Counted from the first letter of the stretch, positions 13,546 through 27,142 are shown. The stretch is 64,000 bases of DNA from Phoronis australis (GCA_002633005.1 NMRA01000506.1:82069-146068); one strand, 5' to 3'. Numbers and translations are program-made. Notes: generated from the letters alone by a model not told the origin.

Positions 13546-16500
13546 ATGCGACCACTTCAGTTTTTCACAAAAGTGCAGCTCAGTAATCCAGAAACACTGA
13601 GTTATTATAAGTGTGGATAGCAAGCTGTTTTAACTTGTCACTGTGTCGAGTTTGTATTTTGCCTGTGATGAAGTTGGCTTACTTGCATCGGAGTTTAAGT
13701 AAACCTGTACAACTAGTTTGAACTCAGTATTAGGAGATTGGTCACTTTTTAAGCAAAATAGGACATTTTGGACTTAACTAAACACACAAACTCCCCACAG
13801 TGTGGACATGGACTTTTGAACACATATTTTGTGAATTTTGTTATTCTAATTAAGTTTGAATTTTCTGTTGTGGAGAACACTGATAAGCCTAATGCTCATT
13901 CAGCCATGGTTTTGGTCCTCTGGGTCTTCCTTGTGTTTGATTTTACCCTATAAGGACAAACCGCACTGAGCTACTCAGTTTTCATAATTGATAAGATGTG
14001 AATAATCACCACAAATATTTTTGCAATCAATTTATGTTATCTGAAGCAAAAATACTTGTATAACTATGCCTCCTATGCCTGGAGTAACTTTTGAATGGTT
14101 GTATTTTCGTGGAATTGTAAGACATTCCCATTATATCTAGTGGTTTTGTTTTTGACCCTGACAGGAAACAGACGTTTAAACCCAAAGCTTTGGTTGAGAG
14201 GAGTGCTAGGGTCAGAGTGTCCTGGTGGAAGTTGTGATCTGTGTCCTGACCTTTGACTGTTCAGATGTACCACAATGCAGTCTGAGATGAACAGAGGCTT
14301 AATGTTGTTACAGCGTGTTCTCTATTGTTTTGCACAAAAGTCACTACATCCTAACCAATCCTAGTTTTAACATTGTGTGGCAAACAGAATTAGAATAAAG
14401 GTCAATGAAATCGAAGTTCACTTTGTGGAATTCATGTAATGAGTCACTTGGGCACCTCCAGTCAGCTCACAATGTCACTGTGCTGATGAGCTGCGATCTG
14501 GTCTCAATCTTTTCAAGTGTTGAGGCCTATATCCATTAGCAGAGCTAAGTAAATATTGAGTCCCCCTATTGATGTTACGAGATCGTCAATTTTGCATATG
14601 TCACCAGCCATTTTTGTGAGATTTAATCAACCTGCAGTGTCAAGATGCGTTCACATAGGAAATACCAGTCATTGGCCATGCCAGTTGTACCAGCAAAATG
14701 CCGTGGGATCACATCGATTTATGAAAGCATAACAGAGTCAATCTTTTATACATTTTGACATGTCAAATGAACTTGCGAACTTGGAATTCCACTCCAGTGT
14801 AGCATTTGGTGAAATATTTCATTAGCTTTTGATTGATGAGTTACACCCTTGTGTTTTCTGTCTTGGAAACAGATGTTGAATTATTTTTTGACCTGTCAAA
14901 AAGATCAAAAGATGTTTTAGTCATTGGTGATGGCATATGATAAATTTACAAAATGTTTTCATGGGCATTTTTCTATCTTTCATTATTTTAATTTTCCAGA
15001 AGAGATTTGTATCAATGCAATATGCAGCCTTTAAGTTAAAATCCATTGGAGGACAATTTTAGCCCTGAAAATTTTCACAGATATTAAATCTATGCAAATA
15101 TGTAGGGAATTAAGGAATTTTCCAAATGAGAGAATGTCTACTCTTTGAGGCATTCATTTACTTTGTAAATTTCCATAATGGTATTGTTTATTTCAAAATC
15201 ATGGTAAAGAATATCCATTGTCTTAAGTATGTATTGAGAAATTTCTGCTGTACCATTGAATTTTGGTCAAGGCTTATGGACTTTTTAAAAACTATCCTTC
15301 TTTTTTGGTATCAAATAGATGTTGCAATGCCGTGCAGTTACCGACGAATAAAAATATACGTGGGGGATTTTAATATATTTTTAGTACCGACGCTCATCAT
15401 TTTAGTTTTACTAGTTGTACCATTTTATACTCCTTTTTGGTCATTACTTGGCATATATTCAAGGTGTGGCCATCTACATTTAGAATTCATTTGAAGCATA
15501 GACACATGTGAAGTTTCTTGTAAAAACATTGTTTCGATTGGTGGCGCATAGGCTTAAATACCCACATAATAATAGATAGGGTAAACTATTTACTTTTCAA
15601 CCACAAAACATGCAATGTCAGCAGAGGATAGGGATTCTCCAGCCGCTTCACATGGGAATGTTTTACAAGTTTTTGAGACTCAGAGTCTGAAACAGCACAA
15701 TGTTTGTGAGACAGACAGGGCCAGCTGCACATGTCACTGTCAATGATCCGCCTTGTCTCAGTCTTCATCAAAATCAATACACACTGGTCTGAATGTTTGT
15801 CGTAGAAAGAGAATAACTGTTAATGAATTATCAGACTGTGAAAACATCTGAGCAAATTATTGAACTTATGCAGTCTTCTTTTGTACTGTTATGTCCTATA
15901 TTTCCTATGTCGTGCATGACAGTTTGATCTGAAATGTGTTCTCAACATACAAGGCTGTGATGAAAGCTCTTTCTGCAATTTGACTGTAACATTGAAACCT
16001 TAGTTTTGATTGTTACATTTATACATAGTTGAAAAAGCCAATTGTGGGTAAAACGTAAAAATTGATGATCAATGATTAGGATTTTATGTATGAAACTCTT
16101 TGGTTATTTGACGTTTAGACCAATTTTTCAAATATTAACAGATTATCTCTTATTTTTTATATTTGCTTGATCAAAGAAGTGATTTGCGTGGATAGTCACC
16201 TACAGGGTTCCCGTATTTTGAGAACTTTGCCGATGTTTCACCAATTTAGAACACAATATGACCGATGAGTGCAATTTTATTTTTTCATTTTTTTTCACAA
16301 AAAATGCGAAGCACCAATGCTATATCATTTTTATAGTCGTTGCCACAGTTACCGTCAGACATTGATTCTGGGAAATTATGTGCATGCAGAATTTTGTTAG
16401 GTGCCTGTAGAAAAATTTTGGCAATTGTTTTTGTCCTAAATTGTTATTGTACTATAGTTTTCTCCTCTGAATATCAGGCATCAAACTGTGAGCAGCAATG

Positions 16501-17973
16501 AGTAGCATAGGTGTTTTTGTACAAGATTTTCTTGTTTTTCATATTTAAAAGGATTGTTAAGATATTCAAGTTGAGCACTCATTCACATGATGATCATTGG
16601 ACTAACAGAAACCAAGCTATGTTATTTCTTCCCATATTTCGCTCAAAAACGGTTGCCAAAATGGCTATTTCTCCATTTTTTAATGGTTGATTATCTTTTT
16701 GGAAATAATGGGAACTTTGGTTTGTGACTTCTACACACTGCAAACCAAGAGACACAAATGTTCTGAATCTTTACTTTTTGAAGAAATTGAACAATGTAGA
16801 ATTTCACTTGTTGGCCAATTGAAATAAAATTTGCGTTAACAACAAACCATAAAAGCCTACGATTGAATGAGAATAACGCAGTGGTGGCAATACAAGTTTC
16901 AGAAAGAACCCATCAGTTTTTCCAAAAGCCCTCGTGTGAACTATTATTAATGCAGTTGTTTTGATAAATTGAATGAGAAAGCACTCGGGGGGGTTCTCTT
17001 TCAGAAATCAGTGGTAGAAACGATCAATGAACCTCATTCTGTCTATACTAGTATATTGCAGGCTACGATGACCCACTTCAAAGATGTTATTCCCTGTCCT
17101 CAGACAGGCTATATATTTTTCTAGTGATAGCAAGTGGTATTTTTCTCTGGGGACTTAAATACTTTAGTCTCCATTTATCCTGAAAATTTCCCGTTTTCTA
17201 TTTTACAGTTTTCCTCCTATGTATGTACTACCTTAACTCATTGACCACTGGGTAGTAAAACATTTTGGCTAAAAATTTTTTGTAAATAATATTATGTTTT
17301 ATTGCAAATAACTCTGCAGTGAATTGACCGTAAAAATTATTGGATGTAAAATTAATGGCATTGTTATTGCTGTACTTTGAAGAGACGGTTTGGACTCAAA
17401 ATGTGGCGTTGTTGGTCGAGACTTTGAAGGCATTCTTATACGAACTGTCTCTTCACCTTGAAACTGCATATTGGGAGACAGAAAGTTGTTGATGATAAGA
17501 CAGCTTTAAGTATTTAAGTCTACAAAATCTTTTTTATTTAACAGTTTTATCATTGGTGTAAAATCAGCATTGAATGTTGCTAAGTAATGCAAGGATTTTA
17601 TTCATGGTTCTGCTGTCATGTTTTTCAAATGCATTGTGGGAAGGTTGTCGTCTGGTATACATGGCAGATAACTTGGTGATGTGTAAATAATTTGGTAGAA
17701 AACAGCACTTGTCACTTAACTATGATAGAATTGATAGCACACTGAGTTATTCACAAAAGTCATAAAAGTCGTATTTGCGGTAGCCCCTCTTGCAAAAGTG
17801 GATTATTTTAATAGCAATTCCTAACAGATCAGAGTATTAAGTGTAATATCTGAAAGTTTCATTTGATTTCGGAGGATGTGCTCCCAAACTTGGAATTTTT
17901 TCTAGGCTCCTAAACTTTACCGTGTGATCAGGTACAGTTGTGGTGCACTCCATATTCAACCCAGTGTATCAAT

Positions 17974-18356
17974 AGGGCCGTCCCGAATTACACGGTGGTA
18001 GAACTCTCCTTTGTCCTGGAGATAAGAAATCGCGTGACCTCGTTTTGAAAATGAGGCACATTTTCGTGTTTCATTGATGTTGGTAAGCCGAAAATTTTCA
18101 GATCACGCATCCACGGGTATTTGTCCAGTTTATCAAACTTTTTCACATCAGAGTTGTAGCCTACTACACAGAAGTAATACTTTGTTGGCATTGAAATGAC
18201 AAATATAGTAATGCATCTGAGAAAAACTTGTAACAAATCGGACGACAAATAACATGTGAACCTCCACGAGGTAGCAAATGTGCCTGACAGATGTTTACGG
18301 CATTGTGAGTAAATACAGCGAGATTCGAGTGTGGGTGTGTAATTCGGGAAGGCCCT
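17974..18356 (-). mobile_element. non-autonomous DNA transposon (ISL2EU/Harbinger-like) with possible THAP-coding remnant
   Basis: TIR AGGGCC(G/T)TCCCGAATTACAC, 19/20 identical, with an AT target duplication on both sides. Internal - strand reading MPTKYYFCVVGYNSD...YPWMRDLKIFGLP. Confidence 0.75.
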
Positions 18357-20159
18357 ATTGACAAACTGCAAGGAAATTCCCTTTGCTGGTCTTCTGTTCC
18401 AATTAAGGTCACAAATGTATGACCTCAGGAGGGGAGGTCATGCAGCTTGTTCTGTGTACAGGAGATCTCTGGTTTCACCATAACACCCATCTCTGGGCAG
18501 ACACACTTCACTTTGAACCCTAAGCTTCTATCATCTGGAAGTTTATAATGGTAGTTTCATCTATTCATTCATTGATTCGAGTACTATTATTGTGGAATGA
18601 TGCAAATGACCCTGATGAGATGATTCATCTGAGTTGAGATTCCTTAACACATGCTGGGGCATTAGTGCAAAATGAATGACTCAACATAGCAATCAAATTA
18701 GTATTTATCATGTCTAAAGTGTCTTATGAAAATGACCTGACAGTGTTAAGTCTTAATTTGCTGATGGTTACTGTCATTAGCTGTATGATACAGATATGGG
18801 TTGTCATAACTCGGTATTTTCTCAAGCACACAAACGCACTCTCTTTGGGAATTTTGCCTATCAGAATAAAAGTGGGAAAATGTTATTTTCTGATTTCCAT
18901 CAAGCTTTGTAAGTGCCTTCATATCAATGTAAATGATTCCTCAGTTGTCCTTTTTTTGAATATTTCTATGTTAACAACTGTGTGATTAAGTTGGTCATCC
19001 TTTCCAGCATCCAATATTGATTTCATTTGTCTGACTTCAACCTGAAAAGTTCACCAATAATTAATACTGGAGGCTAGACTTAATGACCTGTTCATTTCTC
19101 TATGATGTATGAGTCCTGTAATTATGAGTCAATTTCTATAAAATGCAATATTTCTAATTTATATTGAAATCAGTAAGTGTCTTTGTAAGACTCCACGTTT
19201 GTATGTGGCGTTCAAATATTGTAAATTGTCCATAGGATACATTTCTGGAATAGTTCCAAGCTTTGTGGATTGGATTTTTGTCAGATGAAGCAACCTTTTT
19301 ATGAATTGTCAGTGTCTATGAGGTCACACTATTGTGAATTTTGACTACATTGAAAATTAGCTGCTGAAAGTTATTAGGTAAATAAAATATGGTGTTTTGA
19401 TTCTGTGTCACGAAAATATTATGGAAAGTTTTTTTGTGATTTGGTACCACAATTTTTATGTTGTCAATGCCCCATGAATTGTTATTGTTGATGAAATTAA
19501 CTGTTAATGGTTATTTTTACGTGTAGTTTATCTCTCTCTGTTGGCCCTATAGATGTATTATCCTTATTTGTAAAATTTATGCCTGATTTGCTTTCCTTCT
19601 ATGTATGTATAAAAGTTCTTCTATTTAGAACCCAATATGGCAGACTGATAGAATGGACCCTTTACTGTTGGAGAATTGTGGGATATAACCGTGCATGGTC
19701 CTCGCCACCTGGTGGCTGTAGTTGCACATTCTCTGGTTTCATCCTGTTTGGCTGACCAGCATCCTTCAATCCATTACAAATGTCCCCCAAATCTCTAACT
19801 GTGAAAAGATCAATGGTATTTTGTCAAATATCTCAACAAAAATAATCTAAGATTTTGTAGGCCTACATCTTACTGTAACATTAACTCGGTCTGTGTTATG
19901 TTGCTGTCATGAAATGGCTCTTCTTGTAATTTTGGTTGTTTTTTCCAGTAAGGTAGTCAGTCTCTATAAGCAAAAAACAAACATCTGCGCTTAGGCTGTT
20001 ATTGTTTGAGAAGTTACCAAAGACGTAAAATGCTCCGATGAAGTATGAATCCAGACTAGAGACATCTGTGAATTTTTTTGTGTCTTGACTGTTATGCAGG
20101 AACTATTAATGAGCTAGACAATGGCTTTGAGTGATTTATAATTTCCTTGTGTTTCAGAC

Positions 20160-20316
20160 ATGGTCCAGAATGGTCTTTATGGGGACATAGTTCTAGTCAT
20201 TGGTGGAAGTGGTTTCCTAGGACACTTTCTGATCAAGCTGCTGGCTGAAAAGGGGGAGAATATTGGTGAGATTCGGTCTCTTGACCTTCTACCGCCGCCT
20301 CGCAATATGCAGATTG
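20160..20316 (+). CDS. HSD3B: HSD3B-like coding exon 1 (NAD-binding GxxGxxG)
   Basis: Acceptor tttcag ends at 20157 and ATG is at 20160. Encodes MVQNGLYGDIVLVIGGSGFLG...NMQI. Donor G|GTAAGT at 20317. Confidence 0.92.
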
Positions 20317-23300
20317 GTAAGTTCCTTGAAGTGTTGGAGTAAGATTACATATGAGGCGTATTTCCCAACTGTCAAACTCAAATGGAACCTTCTTAGTTGT
20401 TGAAATATGAGTAGCCAGTGATGGCAGCTCCTGGAATTTTAGGAAGGTCTTCCTTTGTTTGGAAATTAGAGAACAGAAGGGGAGGCCAGTGAAAGCACTG
20501 CCTGTAATTACGTAAACAAAAAACTTCATCTAGCGCCATTTTTGAAGCTGTGGTGTATACAAACTGAATCTGTTGTCAAAAGTTGAGACTTTTTCAGTCC
20601 TAAAATTACAAAAAGTAGATTAAATTTTCTACAGAGTAAAAGAGAAATGCATGCATTGTAACTGCTGTTCCTTTGTCATGTTGTCCCAATCTTCCCTCTA
20701 GTCTTGTTGAGTCAAACATTGGGCTGCCTAGTCTTGTATACTTGACTCCACAATATAGCTTTTACCTGTTTAAAAGGCCTTTCCCACTGCCTTTGGCAAT
20801 GCTGAAACTTCCTTCAATGGGAACACTTAACTTTGATCGAAGTTAACAGTGCAAGTTTACTCCGAAGTAAAGTGGTGGATTAACAGCGAAGCATCAACGT
20901 TTCGCTACAATGGAAACACTTTTCTTCAATGACATCAGAGTTATCGGCAGGGGTCTCTACCTACGTTTGCCAACAGTGGGCAGAGACTGGCTACTACAAT
21001 TTGTTAACATTTTGTTCTAATAGTTTTTATTTTTGTGGTATCAGCATTTTGTTTCAATTCATCCATGTATTTGTTGACGACTAACTTTGCTGTTAACTAC
21101 AGTTAACATCGAAGCATCAGGAGTAGCGAAGTTAACTGAATGGGAAAGGTCCATAAAGAATGCGATCAGTTTTGAATAGAGGAGCACCTAATGACTTGAT
21201 CAACTGAAATGTGCCGTTTGTGTGAAAGTTTATTTTTCTCTACATTTTAAAGCTGCATTTTACTTTGCTCAGCTGGCTAAGAAACGGAAATCGAATTTGT
21301 CCTTTTAGTTTCCTTAAATTGGTCTCATAATGCTGTGTTAGCATCCTATTTGCATTGTCAGCAAGATCATCGACTCAATAAAATGGTTCAGCGTTTATTG
21401 GGGTTGGGCAACCCTAAAATCACAAATGTGAGAATGGAGCCTGGCTGCATGGCAGCCATTATTGTGCTAAGTAAGTGGAGAATTACCCTATCAGCACTTG
21501 TTCTCATCAGTTGTATTAAAGTCTCAGAGAACATGGTCATCTGCCCTTGTGTAATGCTTGAGCTACTAGGCACTTTAATTTAGCGTAGGTTCTGTCACAT
21601 TGATAAGTGATTTGACCATGGTAATAAAATTCGGTGTGCCTTCGGTTTTGTTGAATTTTAAAATGTTATGCTGCTAAAACGGGTACTGTGAGTGGATTTA
21701 GTTCCGGTATTGTGCAGTGGAAGATTGTGACTCTGAAAGCTAATATTGGTCACTGCTTTCATTATTTTGATTTTTGCCATGGCTTTTATCAGTTATTTAT
21801 CAAATGTTTAAGCCTAGCTTGCTTAAAGTATTTATGGCAGACCAATCTTAGTCGTCTGTGAATACCTTATCAGGTGCTGTAATTCTGATTTATCTGATGC
21901 CTTGGAATGTCTGCCTTAATTTTTGAAACAAATTTTAATTACATTAAATTTTTTTGAAATATCAGAAGTTGCATTCATCCCAGTGGAAACTCTAAATATA
22001 TCAAAAGACTCTGCTCTATATAGGGTAAATGTGAAGCAGGTCTAAATTCTGTAAGACTAAACTTAAAATTTGTTTCCCCTAAGTGTTACTGATCTTAAAA
22101 CAAGTCATGTATCTCACTCATTTTATTTGCAATCTGGCTGTAAAACTTTTTGGTGTTGTAAAAATAAAATATTTTTAGTTAAAAATGATCATTTCATGAC
22201 ATTTAAAAGTGAAAAAATAATACGCTCTATGAGAAATGCTGGTAGGGTGAAGGGGAGGCAAAAATATTTTAAGGACAGCCTAATCTGTTTCTAATTGGAT
22301 ACCACATGAAAGTTAAATGTCATTTTAGCCTTAGGTGTGCACTCCTGTGTTAACCGTTACCGTTTTCTTTTTGCAGAAAATCCTAACATCAAGTTTCGTC
22401 ATATCCAAGCTGACATCACTGATATCGAACAGATCACACCTCATTTCCAAGATGTCAATGTCGTCATTCACACGGCCAGTTTTATAGACACATGCAATAT
22501 GCCAAACGACAAGAAGATGTTTGACGTTAACGTTGGAGGTAGTTCTGTGCGTTTTGTTTTTGTAGTTAAGTCAGTATGAAAGGGCCTGTAGAAGGATTCT
22601 GTCTACAGCAATCTTCGTACAAATCTTTCAACAAAGTACACATGGCTGCGGTAACAAGCCAAGTTTCTAATAGTACCAGAGAGCAAGAAGATGATTAAGA
22701 TTGTCTACAAGTTTTAACATTTAAATGTCTTTCTGCTGTTTTCTTGCTTTTGAATTATTCAGAATTTTTGACACATTCACAAAACACAAAAAGAACACTT
22801 GCCCCGTCTCCCCCTTTTGTCCTTGTAAACATAAAAATGGTGATATTTTTCGTGGCAAAACAATTAATCTCATATTTATGCTCGTTTAATTAGGATAATT
22901 GCTAGGTCAGACATTACAAAACTGTCCAGTCATTTTTGCCAAAGAATCATGCAGATAGTCAGACTGATTGTGTTTCGTCATATTTTTATTGAATTGGAAA
23001 AACGTTAAGCAAAGCATTGAATTTTGTCTTCCAACATCTCCATTTTTATGTGACGTCAAAACCAGACATTAACAGCAAACCTTTATCCCCTACCTCCTTA
23101 AGGCATACAGTCATACATTTTGAGTAGTCGTTAAAATGGTGGTAATTATACCAGTCTTTGCTTAAGTGCATCTGAACACCACACTGATATGTGATATCTG
23201 CGGGGACCTGGATCATGTATTTAAATTTGTCGTGGTATTTAAAATTCATCATGAGTAAACATCTAAAAATTCCCCAACCAAGCTGTCTTTTTCCTTGCTA

Positions 23301-26300
23301 CATATAATCATATGATCAGCAGACAAGCAGTCACTGAATTAAAAAAATAATTTCTGTTACAGGAATTATGTGCAGTAAAAGCTCATCAATTTCAGACAAA
23401 TTACTTGATTTGCTCTCTTTCTCATTTGTCAAAGGCTTTTAATAGTGTTATGAATGCCCATAGTTTTTCAACAGTATGTGATGGTTGCTATGGTACAGAA
23501 GTTGGACTTGAGAAAGCATTAAAGATGCTTTGTCTCATTAAAATCATGAATATTTGAATTTTTAGCAAGCGTCACCTACTGATTTCCTGTTTGTACAAGT
23601 ATAATCTGGGAAAGAAACAATTTGTAAATAAATTACAATTTTAAAGAAAACACCGCAACTGATAAGCTTCAAAAGAAGTGTGAACACATAAAAAACCAGC
23701 GATTCCAAAAATTACGCATCCAATATTTGATTGTGAAATAAACGAATAATAAAAACTGTGCTTTGTTTCATTACGGTAATGGCAATGCTGTGGGAATTTC
23801 CAAAGATTCCTCTGTCGTCCTAAGAAATGTGGACAAGAAGTGTGTCAAATACCTAGAATTTGTGTAACCAAAGACGCAAAATGGCATGATGTGGAATGTT
23901 GTCCAAGGTGATGGCAAAATGAAGTTACAGAACGAATCCTTTTGTTGTTAGTCACCGTGAGGAGTGTCGGCTGTCAGTATCCAGGCCTCAGTTGTCTGTG
24001 GTGGGCATCGGGTGTTTGCCCACCCTGATGAAATATTTCCTCACTCATTTCCATAAAAAAGTCTTGTAAAACACGACTTTCATGAGATTGTTTTGGTAAC
24101 TGGTTCTTGGATGGTATCCGCCAGACTGGAGGACCCGGGGTTGTTTGTAAATTAGTACTTCATTTGCATATTCATAATTTAATGAGACCATGCATCTTTA
24201 ATTTGGTGCTACATATCTTTATAATAACGTGAAAATAAAATTTCTCTTTTTGACCTTATTGTGTCCTAAATTCATGAGATTTGCATTACTGATGACACTC
24301 AAATATCATATTTCCCAATACTAGTCTCAAAAGTACTGTATGAACTCGCCAGAAGACCAAATTCAGAATGCATTTCGTAACATATCCGTTCAGTTGACTC
24401 CAGTTGAATTGATGCACCGCTTTGCGTAATCAGTCGAATCTGCTCTTCCCACATATTTGATAATAGATGGCAACATAGTGCACACATTACTGGTACATGT
24501 CAGGTAAGATTGTGCACCTCAATATCCTTAGTTCATCACGGTGACAGGCACTGAGTCGGAGAACCACAAACTATTGTTAGACTCAGCTTATCTGGGCAGC
24601 CTAATTGGTTTCTGCTGAGATGAATATATTAATAGGCTCACAGCAAATTTACCATTACATGTAATCGCACTAAAAATGTCATAAATCACAAGAATTTACA
24701 TTAGTTTTTGATGTAAATTAAAAAAAAATGTTAGAAAACGACCTCAGATTTCAAAATAAAAAGTTGTGCCATTTTCAGATATAGTAGTGGCAAGGTGAAT
24801 TGTGTCTCCAGGTGGCAATAGCATAGTTGCTATACAGCACTTTGTGTTCTAGTACTTTTCAGAGATTTTTGTGAATTCCCCGCTATTGTCATACCGTCGA
24901 ATTGATGTGGTTGTGCTGTGGGATAATAATTTCGTAAAAAATACCGGTTTCGAAATCCTTGTGAATGAAAGAAATCTTGTTTCGTCTCTGTCAACTCGGC
25001 CCATCTTGCATGCCACATTAGAAACTGGGTCAAGCAAAAGACGTGCTTGTGCTTTCGTGATGCTAGGGAATTGTTTTTAATGTTTCATGAGGGACCCAGT
25101 ACAGGTGAAAGTTCTAGCCAAAACCCAATTAAATTTGTAAATTGAAGTGCAAGTTTCAGTTACTCAATTCCCTGCCAACACAATTCACTACTTGCCTGAA
25201 TTCGCTATTATGCTTGAAAACAAGGTGCTCCTTCACATTTGTGTTGTTAAAACTGATGCTAAATCGAGGCATTGTTTCCTAAGCAGCAATGCACAATCAT
25301 TTTTGCAGCGCCACCAAAGTGTGCAAGTGAATAGAGAGTCATCTGATTGGGCTGCCAACAGTCAACAGGCACATATACCTGTAGTTTTATGACATAATTA
25401 AGTGTCATAAAGGACTACCTAGGTGACCAAGCAGCCCAAGCAGCTGGACTGAATTCAATGGGGTATTGCGCTTTTGAATTTGCTCCAGAAGGCTTGGTAG
25501 TGATATTTTTCAGTTTTTTACGGTTGTCAAAGAACGTTCTGAACATTTTAGAACAAATTTTCTTTCAAATTTTGTCACTTAATGTTTTGTCTCCTCTTGA
25601 CGAGTTTCTAGTAATTGGACATGCAGTATTGATTCCCTCACTGTGTCGATCAGAGTGTTAAGTCTCTCAACAGTCAGAGCTGTCACAGGTCCATCTCGAG
25701 TCTTTCAGCGGCTGAGTTTACTGACAAGGTGGTGCATTAAAATGTCTACCTGGTTTATGTGTGGGGGAGGGCGCACGAAGTTGCCACATCCTATAAATTC
25801 GTCACAATATGCTCTAAAGCAGGCGCGTGTGAATTAACGCTTTTTAGCACTTGTTTGGCATGTATCTCCTAAACTTTCAAATACGACCGAATGTTGCGTG
25901 CATAATCAATTAGGGATGTGAAGTGGTAAATGGGATTGGGAGACTTCCGGGTGACAAGCCATACTTTACCAAAAATAATACCAACCACATATTAATGGCC
26001 GGCTCAGCGTTGGTAAAACAGTGACGAAGACCCAAAGCGTATTCCACCCACTCGTTCACTATGTATGATAAAGTCTCACCAATTTAGGACACAGTATGGT
26101 CGACAAGTGAAATTTTACTTTCTCATTTTTTTCCATGTAAGGCATACATACACCTTAGGTCCTGGTCACTTCTTGAGTTGGTTGACCAGGAATAAAGTAA
26201 CTCAGTGTTGTAAGTCATTTATCGTGCTGGTTCATAAAATTGTGTCTCTAGTTTTTAGCTTCCCAAATCATAACTTTGTAGTGTTTTGCCTTGTTAAACC

Positions 26301-27142
26301 TTGTAAACTTCATGTCATGTTTCTCCTGTTTTTTGTCATTTTTAGGCACAGCATGTGTATTGGAAGCTTGCCAAAGGAACAACGTGAGTACACTTATCTT
26401 CACCGGCTCAGCTGAGGTGGGGCGGGGCTATGAGGAACGCTACGGCTTCAATGAGGAAATGGTGGACAGGGAGGCGGACACGACTTGTAGGCCACTGCTG
26501 TTTCCTGGTTACTTCACGTCTAAGCGGGAAGCCGAAAAGATGGTATTGGCTGCCAACAAGAGTGAGTTGCCCAATGGCAAGTTACTGCACACACTCAGTA
26601 TCAGACCTGTTGGTATCTATGGTGAAGGTGACAGTATGTATGTGACCACTGTACTCAAAGTGGGGCATAATATGTTTGGCGGGTACATACCTGTTCTGGG
26701 GTCGAGGAATGCCAAGATCGACCGCGTGTTTGTTGGTAATGTCGCTTGGGCCCATGTGGTGGCGTTCAACGAGATTCGCAGGAACAAAGCTGTCTGCGGC
26801 CAGTCGTACATAATTGTGGACGATACTCCGAGCTCAGATAACTTCTCGTGGATGCAGCCATTCCTGGAATGCCACCAGGTCAAACTGTTGCCGTTCAGCA
26901 TACCGCTATTTGTCGTGTTCTACTTCTGGATGATAATGGCGTTTCTTGTGCGGCTGCTTCTTGTCTTTGGTATTCGTGTCAAGCTACTGTCCAATCATAA
27001 CGAAGTCCACATGGCCTGCGTAACATGTTATTACAATGGCGAGAAGGCACAGAATTTATTGAAGTACAAGCCGTTATTTAGCTACAGTGAATCATTTCAG
27101 TTAGCTCGAAATTATTACTCTAGTCTAGATCTGTCACAATAG
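20160..27142 (+). CDS. HSD3B: 3-beta-hydroxysteroid dehydrogenase/Delta5-4 isomerase family (extended SDR); join(20160..20316,22377..22538,26346..27142), 371 aa
   Basis: Rossmann motif VLVIGGSGFLG, acidic residue (SLDL) typical of NAD preference, VVIHTASFID, VNVGGT, FTGSAEV, catalytic YxxxK (GYFTSKREAE), IRPVGIYGEGD and VFVGNVAWAHV. Hydrophobic C-terminal segment. Both introns are GT-AG and phase 1; 157+162+797=1116 nt, an intact frame. Confidence 0.93.
20775..21153 (+). mobile_element. Tourist/PIF-Harbinger-like MITE (family A) in HSD3B intron
   Basis: TIR AGGCCTTTCCCA...TGGGAAAGGTCC. Internal sequence is homologous, in inverted orientation, to 27796-28405. Confidence 0.75.
22377..22538 (+). 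CDS. HSD3B: HSD3B-like coding exon 2
   Basis: Polypyrimidine tract plus gcag acceptor at 22375-22376. Encodes (E)NPNIKFRHIQADITD...VVIHTASFID...VNVG. Donor G|GTAGTT at 22539. Confidence 0.92.
26065..26135 (+). repeat. short interspersed repeat family (other copies ~4610-4675, ~11645, ~16230-16290, ~19620, ~62645-62710)
   Basis: Shared core tctcaccaatttag(a/g)acaca(a/g)tatgg...gtgaaattttattttctcatt. Confidence 0.7.
26346..27142 (+). CDS. HSD3B: HSD3B-like terminal coding exon (catalytic YxxxK, membrane anchor)
   Basis: Acceptor tttag at 26344-26345. Encodes (G)TACVLEAC...YFTSK...RNYYSSLDLSQ*, matching ORF 26291..27142. Confidence 0.94.

Noticed and set aside
1026-17900. Many 60-120 aa ORFs in the ORF track
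   Set aside because: No recognisable domains; these are Phe/Leu/Ile/Cys-rich translations typical of AT-rich intron DNA, and many start at non-ATG codons.
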